Shown: piece by piece, positions 42,946-52,771 of the stretch | How the letters are laid out: each line of letters starts with the position of its first letter | How positions within the stretch are numbered: position 1 is the first letter of the stretch | Program-made: the position numbers and the translations under genes | Origin: a virus | Length of the DNA stretch: 64,000 nucleotides | Reading direction: 5' to 3' (one strand) | IMG/VR virus record: IMGVR_UViG_3300042090_002485 | Location: 32,001 to 96,000 of that record | Notes under the pieces: model-generated | Databases searched by the model: none | What the model saw: only the letters and a program-made list of their open reading frames with translations | Told to the model about the DNA's origin: nothing

Positions 42946-45900
42946 ATGGCCGAGAAGAAGCCCAAGACCAAACTGCCGGTCATCCCGCTCGACCATCCGT
43001 CGCTCGACCCCGAGATGCAGGGGTCGCAGAAGACTGGGATGGCCTGCAACGGCTGCGACCTGTTCTACAAGCGGCGCGTCACCGGCCAGGGCGCGTTCGG
43101 TAAGGTCGACATCCTGCTGCTCGGCGAGTCGCCGTCGTCGTGGTCGGTGCACAACGAACAGGTGTTCTACGGGCGCGGCGGTCGCATCATCCGTCAGGTC
43201 TGGCGTGAGCTGAAGGACCTCGATGCCAAGCGCGGGGGCCACCTCAAGATGGCCCACCTGAAGAAGTGGGAGACCTACGCCGTCCAGTGCCAGGTCGAAG
43301 AAGGGCGCGACCAGAATGCGACGGCGACCGCAGCGACCGTGCACCGCTGCTCGCACTACCTGCGCGCCAAGCTCCACAACTGCAAGCCGAAGATCATCCT
43401 GGCGTTCGGCGCCACCGCGCTGCGCTCGCTCGGCTACAAGAGCGACAAGTTCATGGAGGCGCGTGGGCGCCTGCTCGACGTCGAGATCGACGGGGTGGTC
43501 TACAAGGTCCTGCCGACGTTCTCGACCAAGCACCTCGTCGCCAAGACCGGGCTCTACAACCTGTTCTACGCCGACTTCGTGCGCGCGGTGCGCATCGCTG
43601 GCGGCGTCGACGAGGTTGGTGCGAACACCACGCTCGAGGAGATCACCAAGGAGTACCGCATCCCCAAGACCGTGGAAGAGGTCGGGGAGCTGTGCGATCA
43701 CATCATCAACTACGTCGTCGAGGGCGCCAAGACCGCGGCGCAGTGCGCGATCGCGGTCGACACCGAGACCAACACGGTCAACCCGCACCGCCGCGACGCG
43801 AAGCTGCTGTGCATCTCGTTCGCGTGGGACACCGGGCGGTCCTGCGCGATCCCGCTGTTCCACAAGGAGGCGACGTGGACACCGCAGGAGCTGGAGGCCG
43901 TCGTCGCGCACGTCCAGCGCGTGCTCGCCTGCGCCAAGCCCAAGGTCTTCCACAACGCCAAGTTCGACCTCAAGTTCATCGAGCTGCGCTACGGCTGGCG
44001 CGTCAACAACGTGCAGTGGGACTCGCTGCTCGGCGAGCACCTGCTGCGCGAGGACATGTCGGGGTCATACTCGCTCAAGACGCTCGGGCGCAGCTACTTC
44101 CCGATGTTCGGCAGCTATGCGGACAAGGTCCACGAGCTGGCGGAGAAGATGACACCCGAGGAGGTCGGGCTGTACTCGGTGCTCGACGGGGTCAAGAAGG
44201 GCAAGCCGAAGAAGGATGTGGTCGGCATCGAAGAAGGCCAGCTCTACCTCTACTCGAAGAAGGAGATGGAGCAGTACCTGTTCGGCACCAAGCGTGAGCG
44301 CAAGAAGAAGGTGTTCGACGCGGGTTACGAGCGCGTGCCAATCGACACCCTGTTGATCTACGCGGCCGTCGACACCGACTTGACCCGCCGCCTGCTCCGC
44401 CACCAATTCGCGCGCGCGCAGGCGGAGAACTTCATTGGCTCGGCTCGCGGCCTGATGGCGTCGCACTGCATCCCGGCGTCGCGCGCGCTCGGCAAGATGG
44501 AGTTCGACGGCTTCCGCGTTGACCGTCCGTACCTCGACAAGCTCGAGGTCGACCTGGGCAAGATCGTCGAGGATAAGCGCAAGCTGCTCGAGGCCTACTG
44601 GGCGCCGACCTCGATGAGTCGCAAGGGTGTCGAGTTCAACCCCAACTCGACCCAGCACATCGAGCAGGTCATCTTTCAGACCGGCGTCGGTCCCGACGAA
44701 GTCACTCAGGCGGCCTACCGCAAGGCCGTCGATCGTTTCGCCGTCAAGAACAAGTCGGGCTTCTATAAGACCGACAAGAAAACGCTCAAGGGCATCGCTG
44801 AGCAGACGAAGTGTCCGTTCTCTAAGGCGCTGCTCGAGTACCGCGCGGCGCACAAGGCGCTCTCTGGGTTCGTCAAGGACATCAAGGACCTCTCGGAGTA
44901 CGACGGCTACCTCCACACCAGCTTCCACCTGCACGGTACGTCGACGGGGCGCCTGTCGTCGTCGAACGTGAACATGCAGAACCAGCCCAAGAAGCTGGCC
45001 GGGGTGAACATCAAGAAGATCTTCATCCCGGATGACCCGGACGAAGAGGTGGTGTTCAACGTCGACTGGAAGGGCGCCGAAATCCGCGTGTTCACGGCCT
45101 ATGCGCCAGACCAGCAGCTGATCGACGCGCTCAACGCGGGGCAGGACGTCCACAGCTGGTTCACGCAGGAGATCTACGGCATCCCGTACGAAGAGGTCGA
45201 GGCCAAGAAGGAGGACACCGACTACATCGTCCCCGGCCACGGCATCACCATGAACATGTTGCGGACGACCGTGAAGCGCGTCGTGTTCGGCATCCTCTAC
45301 GGCGCGATGGCAAAGAAGATCGCTGAGACGGCTAGCATCTCCGAGGAGATGGCCCAGGGCGTCATCGACAAGCTGTTCGAGCGGTTCCCGTCGCTGAAGA
45401 ACTACATGGACGAGGTGGTGGCGCAGATCCACCAGCACGGCTTCGTCGAGACGCTGTTCAACCGCCGCCGCCGCTTCCCGCTGCAGTCCGTCAACGGCTT
45501 CTTCCGCGGTCAGGCCGAGCGCCGCGGCAAGAACATGAAGATCCAGTCGACGTCGTCGGACATCGTCGTCGGCCAGCTGATCGAGATCTTCGAGCACATC
45601 CGCGAGCTGGGCGGGCGGCTCGCCATCACCGTGCACGACTCGATCGTCGGCACGATCAAGAAGAAGCTCCTCCACCAGGCCAAGGCGTTCTTCGACCTGT
45701 ACTGCGTCAAGCGCGTGCGCGAGAAGTGCCCGTGGCTGCCCGTCGACTTCGCGTACGACCTGGCGGTGGGCCCGAGCTACGGCGAGGTCATCTCGCTGGA
45801 GGACTACTTGAAAAAGAACCCGGGCATCACCCAGACGCCCGAGCAGGAGTTCCTCGAGCTGCTCGATCAGGACGCGATGGCGTCGTTCGTCCTCGACGAG

Positions 45901-45975
45901 GACGGCGCGCGACCGGACTCGATGTTCGACACCGAGGACCCCGGACCCGAGGACGAAACCAAGGAGGCGTCGTGA
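42946..45975 (+). CDS. polA: Family A DNA polymerase with N-terminal family-4 UDG-like domain and 3'-5' exonuclease
   Basis: UDG-like CNGC, LLGESP, KPKIILAFGATA. Exo AVDTET, HNAKFD, YAAVDT. Pol TGRLSS, DWKGAEIR, KRVVFGILYG, VHDS. Confidence 0.92.
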   Translation: MAEKKPKTKLPVIPLDHPSLDPEMQGSQKTGMACNGCDLFYKRRVTGQGAFGKVDILLLGESPSSWSVHNEQVFYGRGGRIIRQVWRELKDLDAKRGGHLKMAHLKKWETYAVQCQVEEGRDQNATATAATVHRCSHYLRAKLHNCKPKIILAFGATALRSLGYKSDKFMEARGRLLDVEIDGVVYKVLPTFSTKHLVAKTGLYNLFYADFVRAVRIAGGVDEVGANTTLEEITKEYRIPKTVEEVGELCDHIINYVVEGAKTAAQCAIAVDTETNTVNPHRRDAKLLCISFAWDTGRSCAIPLFHKEATWTPQELEAVVAHVQRVLACAKPKVFHNAKFDLKFIELRYGWRVNNVQWDSLLGEHLLREDMSGSYSLKTLGRSYFPMFGSYADKVHELAEKMTPEEVGLYSVLDGVKKGKPKKDVVGIEEGQLYLYSKKEMEQYLFGTKRERKKKVFDAGYERVPIDTLLIYAAVDTDLTRRLLRHQFARAQAENFIGSARGLMASHCIPASRALGKMEFDGFRVDRPYLDKLEVDLGKIVEDKRKLLEAYWAPTSMSRKGVEFNPNSTQHIEQVIFQTGVGPDEVTQAAYRKAVDRFAVKNKSGFYKTDKKTLKGIAEQTKCPFSKALLEYRAAHKALSGFVKDIKDLSEYDGYLHTSFHLHGTSTGRLSSSNVNMQNQPKKLAGVNIKKIFIPDDPDEEVVFNVDWKGAEIRVFTAYAPDQQLIDALNAGQDVHSWFTQEIYGIPYEEVEAKKEDTDYIVPGHGITMNMLRTTVKRVVFGILYGAMAKKIAETASISEEMAQGVIDKLFERFPSLKNYMDEVVAQIHQHGFVETLFNRRRRFPLQSVNGFFRGQAERRGKNMKIQSTSSDIVVGQLIEIFEHIRELGGRLAITVHDSIVGTIKKKLLHQAKAFFDLYCVKRVREKCPWLPVDFAYDLAVGPSYGEVISLEDYLKKNPGITQTPEQEFLELLDQDAMASFVLDEDGARPDSMFDTEDPGPEDETKEAS

Positions 45976-46241
45976 TCATCGTCTGCGAGTTGGCGTCCTG
46001 TCCGAGCTGCGGCCGGGCGCCCAAGCCCTCGTTTCAGAGGACCAAGGAATACGTCCGCTGCTACTTCGGCTGCACCTGCGGCTGGGCCGGCCCCCTCGTC
46101 GCCCAGGCGATCCCGCCAGCCGCGAAGCCCGGGTCTCCGTCGGTGTGCAAGCGCACCGACACTAGGGCCTGGGCTCAGTACAACGCGGCCGAGGCGTGGA
46201 ACACGGCGGTGACTCAAGTGCGGGCGGCGAAGCCCGTGTAG
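45972..46241 (+). CDS. Lar-like small zinc protein (89 aa, GTG start)
   Basis: CPSCG...CTCG...AAEAWN resembles the Lar restriction-alleviation pattern. Confidence 0.45.
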   Translation: MIIVCELASCPSCGRAPKPSFQRTKEYVRCYFGCTCGWAGPLVAQAIPPAAKPGSPSVCKRTDTRAWAQYNAAEAWNTAVTQVRAAKPV

Positions 46242-46434
46242 GAGGTTTGGGACCGGCTACGAGGGGTCCACGGTGCGCACTACCTCTCCTTGCCCTTCTG
46301 AAGCGTCTGTTCGGCGAGCTGGCGATAGAGTGTGCGACGACAGGTTGGTGTAGGCCTGTCGGGCTCGAGTCCATAGCTAGCTCTAGGCCGCGAAGCAGAT
46401 GTGCCGGTTCCTCTTTTGTTTGTGCGGTAAACAC

Positions 46435-46465
46435 TTGCGAAGTAACCCTATTGTCTTGGTATAAG
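46435..46465 (+). promoter_or_regulatory. Sigma70-like promoter for the exonuclease gene
   Basis: TTGCGA (46435-40), 19 nt, then TG-n-TATAAG (46457-65), with a GAGGA SD downstream. Confidence 0.4.
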
Positions 46466-46484
46466 CTGGTGCAGAGGACCATCG

Positions 46485-47051
46485 ATGCCCTTCCTGCCGT
46501 TGAACGACCACAAGCTGTTCTTCTTCGACTGCGAGACCGGGGGCCTGGACCCGTCCAAGACCGACATGGTCGAGGTTGCCTGCGTGGTCACCGACCCGAC
46601 AGGGCGCAACATCCTGTCGGAGTACCACGCTCGCGTGTTCCCGCGGCGGCCGGTCGAGGCGAAGGCGGCGTCGATCAACGGCTATAACGAGGAGAAGTGG
46701 GCCGAGGACGCCGTGACAATCGACGTCGCGATGGTCAAGCTGCTCGAGCGGGCGAAGGACTGCTTGTTCTGCTCGCACAACACCCCGTTCGACTGGGGCT
46801 ACTTCTCGACAGCGATGCTGGAGCGCGGCGGGCGTTGGCGGGGCGACTACCACCGCATCGACACGGTGGCGCTCGCGACGCCGCTGCTCAAGGCCGGCAA
46901 GGTCATCGACTTGAAGCTCGGCACGCTGTGCGACCACTTCAGCATCGACAAGGGCGAGCCGCACCGGGCGATGAGCGACGCGCGGGCGTGCCATCAGCTC
47001 TACCTGAAGCTGATGGACATCTACGCCCCGCTATTCGTGCGCGCGCCGTAG
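46485..47051 (+). CDS. DEDDh 3'-5' exonuclease (DnaQ-like)
   Basis: FDCETGG, HNTPFD and HRAMSDA. Confidence 0.85.
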   Translation: MPFLPLNDHKLFFFDCETGGLDPSKTDMVEVACVVTDPTGRNILSEYHARVFPRRPVEAKAASINGYNEEKWAEDAVTIDVAMVKLLERAKDCLFCSHNTPFDWGYFSTAMLERGGRWRGDYHRIDTVALATPLLKAGKVIDLKLGTLCDHFSIDKGEPHRAMSDARACHQLYLKLMDIYAPLFVRAP

Positions 47052-49769
47052 CTACGTGAAGCGCAAGTTGCCGCTTAGGACACCGTTGGCGAGCCAGCCG
47101 AAGACCTGGGCGTGAAGCGAGTCGTCGGGCATGGTCGGGGAGTGGCGCCAGACCCTGCGCCCGGCGTGCGTGACCTCCTCGTAGACGTTGAGGATGTCGT
47201 TGATGGCTGGCTGCGCGTCCGACAGGCGCGGGAAGATGACCTGCTTGTGCAAGAGCTGACGGGCGTAATTGTCGATCATCGTCGTGCGGTCGACGTGGTA
47301 GGCCAGCGTCGAGGGGTTCCAGGTCTCCATCGGCTTGGACAGGTTCAGGTAGCGGAACGCGAGCACACGATGGTCACCGAGCCGCTGACGTAGGAACGAG
47401 TTGGCCAACATGCCCTCGCCCGCGTCGGCGCCGACCATCTCGACGCCCCACTTGTTGCACAGCTCGACGATCTCGTCGATCCAGCCCACGGCGTGGCCGT
47501 TCGGGAAGATCTTCGACGTCAGGGTGCGGAGCCGTCCGTCGGCCTGCTGACCCCAGATGTGGAGCACGGTGCGGGATTTGTAAAGCCCTTCGCTGCCTTT
47601 GACTTCGCCGCCGCCACCCGACCAGTCAACGCCCGCCGTCGTGCGGACGATGCCCTTCTTCGCGCCGGGCTGCGGCAATCGTTCGATGACGAGCTTCTCG
47701 TCACACAACGATTCGAGGACCTCCTTGGTCAGGAGGCGCACGCCGGTCGACGTGCTCACGCCGATGCACTCGTTCAAGAACTTGGACTCGCCGTAGAGTG
47801 GCGAGTTCATCTTGTAGAGCAGCTTGTCCCAACGCTCGACAGCACGGTCGAAGCCTTCGCTGCCGGGAACCCACGCGGCGGGCACGTCCGTCGGCATGAT
47901 GGCCTGGCTAACGTGGAAGCCCTTGATGCTCGCCCCGGGCACCATGTCGACCCACTTGCCCGCCCGCGGGTTCAGTAGGTGGCCGCACGAGACGCAGATC
48001 AGACCCTTCTTGCCGAGCGCCTTGACGCCGTCGACGAACGTCCACTTGCTGCAACCGTCGCACCGCATACACCACTCGGTCTGGGTCGACAGCGACCACA
48101 GGACCTCGATGGTGTTCTCCATCGTCTTGGGCGTGCCCGCGTACGCCGAGTACTGGTAGTTCGAGCGGGCCATGCACTCCTCGATGACGGGGATGACGGC
48201 CTCGTAGAGCATGTCCTGGATCTCGTCGAAGCACTGACCCGCGATTATCGGTCGTTGATCGACCCCGCCGCGCACGATGGGCCGATGATGCGGCACCGTG
48301 AAGCAGTAGACCGGTTCGTTGACGACTTCTTCAACAGACACGCGTCGCTTGGTCGCATATTCAGATCGCCAGAACACGGCGTGCGACTCGGCGTACGCCT
48401 GCACCTCGTAGAGGGGAAGTGGCGGTCCGCCAGGGCGCTGCGGCATCTGCCGCGTGTGTACGACCGCAGGGCGCCCGAGCAGCGCCCAGGCGCGATGCAC
48501 GTCGTCGGCCAGGCGACGCGACCGCGTTCGCAGCGTGCCGTGGTCCCACCGGTCGATCACGATACTCGCGTCACCTTGGTAAAGAGCCCGCAGCAGGGAT
48601 GGCAGCAGTGCCGGGTGCTCGAAGAACACGGCTGGGATGTACTTGCTGAAGCTGTTCCCCAAGGGCGCGACGTACTGACAAACCTGCGAGGACGCGATTA
48701 CGTAGGTGTGTTTGACGACGCGCCCTTTCTTGGTCTGACGCGACGACGGCTGCCGCGAGTACGTGAACCCGCAGCGACGCAGGCAGTCCTCGATGTCGAG
48801 ACTGTATCGGGATGCGTTCTGCGTGATGATGGCACTACCGTTCCGGCGCACTCCCTTCGTCCGGCGCCAAGAAACGTGGCCCTCCGCAAGGTACCAGCCC
48901 ATGAACTCAGAGAAGGCGCGCGCGTCGACATCGACCGGCGAGCGGCTCGTCGCGTAACCAATGGAACTGCCGGGCACGTGGATGACGACAGGCGGGGCAT
49001 CGTCGATGCGACACGCGCTTGTCATCTTGAAGCCCATGCGTTCAGTGCGTGCGATGTCCAGCGCGGAAGCGAATTGCCAGACATCTGGTGTCTTGTAGCG
49101 CGGGCCCGTCTTTACGCGAAAGTTGACCCACATCTTGTGGTCCCCGGTCACGCGAAGGTCCATCCCGGCGTGGTGAAACTTGACCATCTGACCGGTGTAC
49201 GGCAACGCGAAGAGCTTCGACGGACGGTGCCACCGGATACAGCCCTCGTCATCTACATCAGCGACTTCGTCTGCGAGGGTCAGGTCTTTGACGCAGCGCC
49301 AGCCGGCACGCGTAAGCACTTGAGCGCTCGCGTCGAAGCAGCACCGGTCTGCCGAGTAACCACGAGCGCGGTCCGGGTCGTCCATGGCGTACGTGAACGC
49401 CATCTCCGACCCGTTCTTGAGCATGCGCAACAGGACGTTGTCGATCGACTCCGGGCCGACGAACGCCTTCCGCACGTCGGGGCTGTACGCCAGGATCTTG
49501 GCGACGCGGGTGTGCGAGAACTTCCGCGTTTGCTCCTGGGTCGGCGAAATGTAGTACGACCTGAACGGCGCGGACGCGATGGCCTCGGCGATCATGAACG
49601 CCGCAAGCGTCGTCGACTTGGTGACCTGGCGCCCGGTCTTCAGCAGCAGGCGCGAGTAGTTGCCGTCGAACACGGCCTGGAACATCGGGTAGTCCGCCAG
49701 TGACAGCGGCTTGCCGTCGACGTAGAACAACCCCTGCGCGATGGTGGAGCGATAAACCTCTTCCGACAT
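47052..49769 (-). CDS. Terminase large subunit containing an intein
   Basis: KTGRQVTKST (Walker A), ADRC|CFDEIQD (Walker B after splicing), GTPKT, AGVDWSGG and PDDSLHA. Confidence 0.85.
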   Translation of the reverse strand: MSEEVYRSTIAQGLFYVDGKPLSLADYPMFQAVFDGNYSRLLLKTGRQVTKSTTLAAFMIAEAIASAPFRSYYISPTQEQTRKFSHTRVAKILAYSPDVRKAFVGPESIDNVLLRMLKNGSEMAFTYAMDDPDRARGYSADRCCFDASAQVLTRAGWRCVKDLTLADEVADVDDEGCIRWHRPSKLFALPYTGQMVKFHHAGMDLRVTGDHKMWVNFRVKTGPRYKTPDVWQFASALDIARTERMGFKMTSACRIDDAPPVVIHVPGSSIGYATSRSPVDVDARAFSEFMGWYLAEGHVSWRRTKGVRRNGSAIITQNASRYSLDIEDCLRRCGFTYSRQPSSRQTKKGRVVKHTYVIASSQVCQYVAPLGNSFSKYIPAVFFEHPALLPSLLRALYQGDASIVIDRWDHGTLRTRSRRLADDVHRAWALLGRPAVVHTRQMPQRPGGPPLPLYEVQAYAESHAVFWRSEYATKRRVSVEEVVNEPVYCFTVPHHRPIVRGGVDQRPIIAGQCFDEIQDMLYEAVIPVIEECMARSNYQYSAYAGTPKTMENTIEVLWSLSTQTEWCMRCDGCSKWTFVDGVKALGKKGLICVSCGHLLNPRAGKWVDMVPGASIKGFHVSQAIMPTDVPAAWVPGSEGFDRAVERWDKLLYKMNSPLYGESKFLNECIGVSTSTGVRLLTKEVLESLCDEKLVIERLPQPGAKKGIVRTTAGVDWSGGGGEVKGSEGLYKSRTVLHIWGQQADGRLRTLTSKIFPNGHAVGWIDEIVELCNKWGVEMVGADAGEGMLANSFLRQRLGDHRVLAFRYLNLSKPMETWNPSTLAYHVDRTTMIDNYARQLLHKQVIFPRLSDAQPAINDILNVYEEVTHAGRRVWRHSPTMPDDSLHAQVFGWLANGVLSGNLRFT
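48234..49340 (-). mobile_element. Intein (369 aa) with LAGLIDADG endonuclease and C-terminal Gln in terminase
   Basis: N-end CFDASAQVLTRAGW, TGDH, FMGWYLAEG and ALYQGDAS, C-end VYCFTVP...AGQ, +1 Cys. Confidence 0.88.
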
Positions 49770-49806
49770 ACAGCTAGCAACTCAAATCTTCCGAAGGAAT
49801 TCGACC

Positions 49807-51081
49807 ATGAGCAAGACCGAAACGCCGAAGGCCGCCGACGATACGTTCGCCTCCAAGCTCGGCATCAAGATGTGCACGCCGAGCCAGTACGAGGAGCAGA
49901 TCCTCCTGCGCGCGGGCACGCCCGACGTCGCGTGCGCGATCGGCCCGTCCGGCATCGGCAAGACCGCCATCCCCAAGCAGGTGGCGGCAGGGCGGAACAA
50001 GGGCAAGGGTGTGCCGTACTGCGCGCTGTTCATGCCGACCGCGACGCAGGAGGGCTTCTTCATCCCGACCACCGCGCAGGACACCAAGGTCTTCTTCGAC
50101 CAGCGCATCCCGCGCACGTTCCAGAAGCTCCTCGAGCACGGCGAGGCGATGGACAAGAAGTACGGCGAGGGCAAGGTTCCCAAGGACCTGTGCCCGATCC
50201 TCGCCATCGAGGAGCTGAACCGCGCCTCGGACAAGTCGGTCACGCGTGCCGCGTTCGTGCTCATCGGTGATCGGATGATCGGCGACGTGCACCTGCCGTC
50301 CTGCGTGCAGATCGTCGCGACCATGAACCCGTCCGGTGCGGGCTTCGTCGTCAACGAGTTCGAGAAGGACCACGCGATGCGGCGCCGGCTCTGCTGCTTC
50401 GGCGTCCAGCACAGCTACGGCGACTTCATGAAGTACGCCCAGAGCGCGAAGTTCCATCCCAAGGTGATCGCGTTCCTCGGTGCGACGCCGTCGTTCGCGT
50501 ACGATGAGACTGCGCAGCTGGCAGGCAAGGCGTTCGCGTGCCCGGCGACCTGGGAGGTGGCGTCCAGGACGTGCTACCAGCTCGACGCCGCCAAGATCCC
50601 GTTGACCGCCCCGACCGCGGAGATCGCGCTCGCTGGTTCGATCGGTGAGGCCGCCGCGCTGGCGTTCGGCGAGTTCGCCAAGGACCACACGCTGCTGGTC
50701 ACGCCGCAGGACGTGCTCGACACCTACGCCGTCGGCAGCGAGGCGCAGCGACGGTTCAAGGCCTACCTCACCGAAGACGGTGGTCGGTTCGACAAGATCT
50801 CCGAGCTGGTCACGGGTGTCGTCGTCCGCATCTTCGCGGACACCAAGCGCCCGGCCGAGTCCATCGCCAAGCAGACGGCGCTGTTCATCAGCGACCTGCC
50901 CGCCGAGATCACGATGTCGATGATGAGCAAGCTGGCCGAGGAATCGGGGCGCGTGGGCAGCGACGCGAAGAGCTACTTGACCCGCATCAACCAGCTGTGG
51001 GCTGCGGACCCGATCTACACCGAGGCGCTGACCCGGCTCGACGCGGCCCGCCGCGCCGCGTCCAAGAAGGACGCTGGCTAG
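49807..51081 (+). CDS. MoxR-like AAA+ ATPase
   Basis: IGPSGIGKT, ILAIEELNRA, VATMNP and AMRRR. Confidence 0.75.
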   Translation: MSKTETPKAADDTFASKLGIKMCTPSQYEEQILLRAGTPDVACAIGPSGIGKTAIPKQVAAGRNKGKGVPYCALFMPTATQEGFFIPTTAQDTKVFFDQRIPRTFQKLLEHGEAMDKKYGEGKVPKDLCPILAIEELNRASDKSVTRAAFVLIGDRMIGDVHLPSCVQIVATMNPSGAGFVVNEFEKDHAMRRRLCCFGVQHSYGDFMKYAQSAKFHPKVIAFLGATPSFAYDETAQLAGKAFACPATWEVASRTCYQLDAAKIPLTAPTAEIALAGSIGEAAALAFGEFAKDHTLLVTPQDVLDTYAVGSEAQRRFKAYLTEDGGRFDKISELVTGVVVRIFADTKRPAESIAKQTALFISDLPAEITMSMMSKLAEESGRVGSDAKSYLTRINQLWAADPIYTEALTRLDAARRAASKKDAG

Positions 51082-51095
51082 GCGCGGTGCCGGCG

Positions 51096-51755
51096 TCACG
51101 CGACTCCGGCGAGGTCCTGCTGCGCCTTGCTGCGCCGTCCTTGGACGCGCAGCTCGACGGCCGCCAGGCGCGCGATCTGAACGTCCTCAGGCGTCTCGCC
51201 CAGCGAGAGTTGCGTGAGGTGCTCGGCGCTGACGCGACTCCACCGTGCGCGCACGGCCTCGAGCAAAGTGCGGTCGGGCGCGTTCTCACGGTCAAGCGCG
51301 ACCTGGGCAAAGTCGAGCGTCGCGGGCGCCAGAACGAAGCCCGCTCGGTGCAGGACGACACCCGCGTAGCCGCGCGGCTCGGAGCCGAACTCCCACGTCG
51401 CGTTGTGGGCGTCGCGGATGACCCAGGCGGCTTCGACGACAGCCCACGCCATCTGTGCGGGTGTCGCTTCCTCGAGGATGTCAGGGTTGCCGGGCACGTT
51501 ATCGAACGCCAGCGCTGTTTTCTCGAACACGACGCCATCCCAGTAGAACGCCGGCACGGTGAGCAACGCGTGCGCGGCCATGAGCTTGGCGCGGTTGCCT
51601 GCCGGGACGTCAACGCCGCGGTGCTGCAGTTCCAGCCACACCGATTCGGGCTCCCAGGTGACGACGTCGCCCAGGAGAACGCGCGCAGCACGCGCCAGAC
51701 CGACGGCGGTTGCGCCCTCATCGCGGAAGAGCGCAGCTGCGCGTTCGGTCGACAC
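51096..51755 (-). CDS. Hypothetical protein (219 aa)
   Basis: Normal composition; in operon with 51759-52748. Confidence 0.55.
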   Translation of the reverse strand: MSTERAAALFRDEGATAVGLARAARVLLGDVVTWEPESVWLELQHRGVDVPAGNRAKLMAAHALLTVPAFYWDGVVFEKTALAFDNVPGNPDILEEATPAQMAWAVVEAAWVIRDAHNATWEFGSEPRGYAGVVLHRAGFVLAPATLDFAQVALDRENAPDRTLLEAVRARWSRVSAEHLTQLSLGETPEDVQIARLAAVELRVQGRRSKAQQDLAGVA

Positions 51756-51758
51756 GGC

Positions 51759-52748
51759 TCAGCGCATCTGCGCGGAGAGCACGCGCTGCATGTCGGCGGG
51801 AAGCGTGTCGAGCACGGCGGCGAGTCGGACTGGGTCCATCTGACCGGCGCCGTCGGAAGCCTCGCGGACGATGTCGTCGCCGAGCACGTCGGCGTAGAAG
51901 CTCGACGGGTAGGCCGCGAGCTGGTGCATCGGCATGAACCGGCCCGCGAGCGTCGCGCCCGGGCCTGCCACCTTGGTCGTGTTGAACACGGTCATGAGCG
52001 GGTCGGGGAGACGCTTGCCCCAGTGCTGGGAAAGCCCAGAGGCTTGGTCCAGCTCGTCGAGCGCGTCAGCGAGCTTGACCTGGGTCTCGCGGTCACGGAC
52101 TTCAGCAGGGAGCCGGCGCGCGGCCGCGGCGAGCTTGGTGTAGCCGTCTTTGTGCTCGACCGGCGCCGCCTCGGCGCGCGCGCCGAGCCAGTCGACGAGC
52201 TGCTGGCGATCGGTGGCGGTCAGGCCCGCGAGCTTGAGCGTCTCGGCACGCAGCTGCACGCCGTGGAACGCCGCCTTCTTGACGAGGTTGCCGGCGGCGA
52301 ACGCGCGGTGCGCAGCGGTGAGCTTGCCGCCCTCGTTGCGGAGCTTCTCCTCGGCGGTCTTGACGCTCTCGGCGTCGGTGACGCGGAGCCGGCGGATGTC
52401 GGGGAGGAGGTACTCGTCATTCGTCGGAAGAGTGGTCGCCGCGACCTTTGGCCGCGTGAACAGCGACTCGTCGACGCCATAGACGTCACAGGCCTGCTTG
52501 AGCGTATCGTCGACGTGGGCCGGCACGCCGGGCACGCCCTCACGGTAGGCCCGCGACATCATCGTGTGCTCACGGCAGTGAATCGGGAAGGCGCGCTTCT
52601 CGGGCCACGCGAAGGCCGTATCGGGCAGGCTGTCGACCTCGCCCGTGTCCACGTCGAAATCTGCAAGCGCAGCGGCGAGCTTGGGCCGGTCGGCCACGCG
52701 CCGCACCAGGTGTGCCATGACGGGGTCCGAGAATTGATCCACGACCAT
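51759..52748 (-). CDS. K-x-A-rich protein (329 aa, start MVVDQFSD), probably virion-associated
   Basis: KLAA, KVAA, KTAE, KKAA, KLAG, KLAD and KVAG. The ATG lies 6 nt after TATCAT. Confidence 0.55.
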   Translation of the reverse strand: MVVDQFSDPVMAHLVRRVADRPKLAAALADFDVDTGEVDSLPDTAFAWPEKRAFPIHCREHTMMSRAYREGVPGVPAHVDDTLKQACDVYGVDESLFTRPKVAATTLPTNDEYLLPDIRRLRVTDAESVKTAEEKLRNEGGKLTAAHRAFAAGNLVKKAAFHGVQLRAETLKLAGLTATDRQQLVDWLGARAEAAPVEHKDGYTKLAAAARRLPAEVRDRETQVKLADALDELDQASGLSQHWGKRLPDPLMTVFNTTKVAGPGATLAGRFMPMHQLAAYPSSFYADVLGDDIVREASDGAGQMDPVRLAAVLDTLPADMQRVLSAQMR

Positions 52749-52752
52749 GTTG

Positions 52753-52762
52753 AAATGATAGG
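52753..52762 (-). promoter_or_regulatory. Putative late promoter CCTATCATTT, leaderless spacing
   Basis: TATCAT, 6 nt, then ATG at 52748. Confidence 0.6.
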
Positions 52763-52771
52763 GGATCCGCG

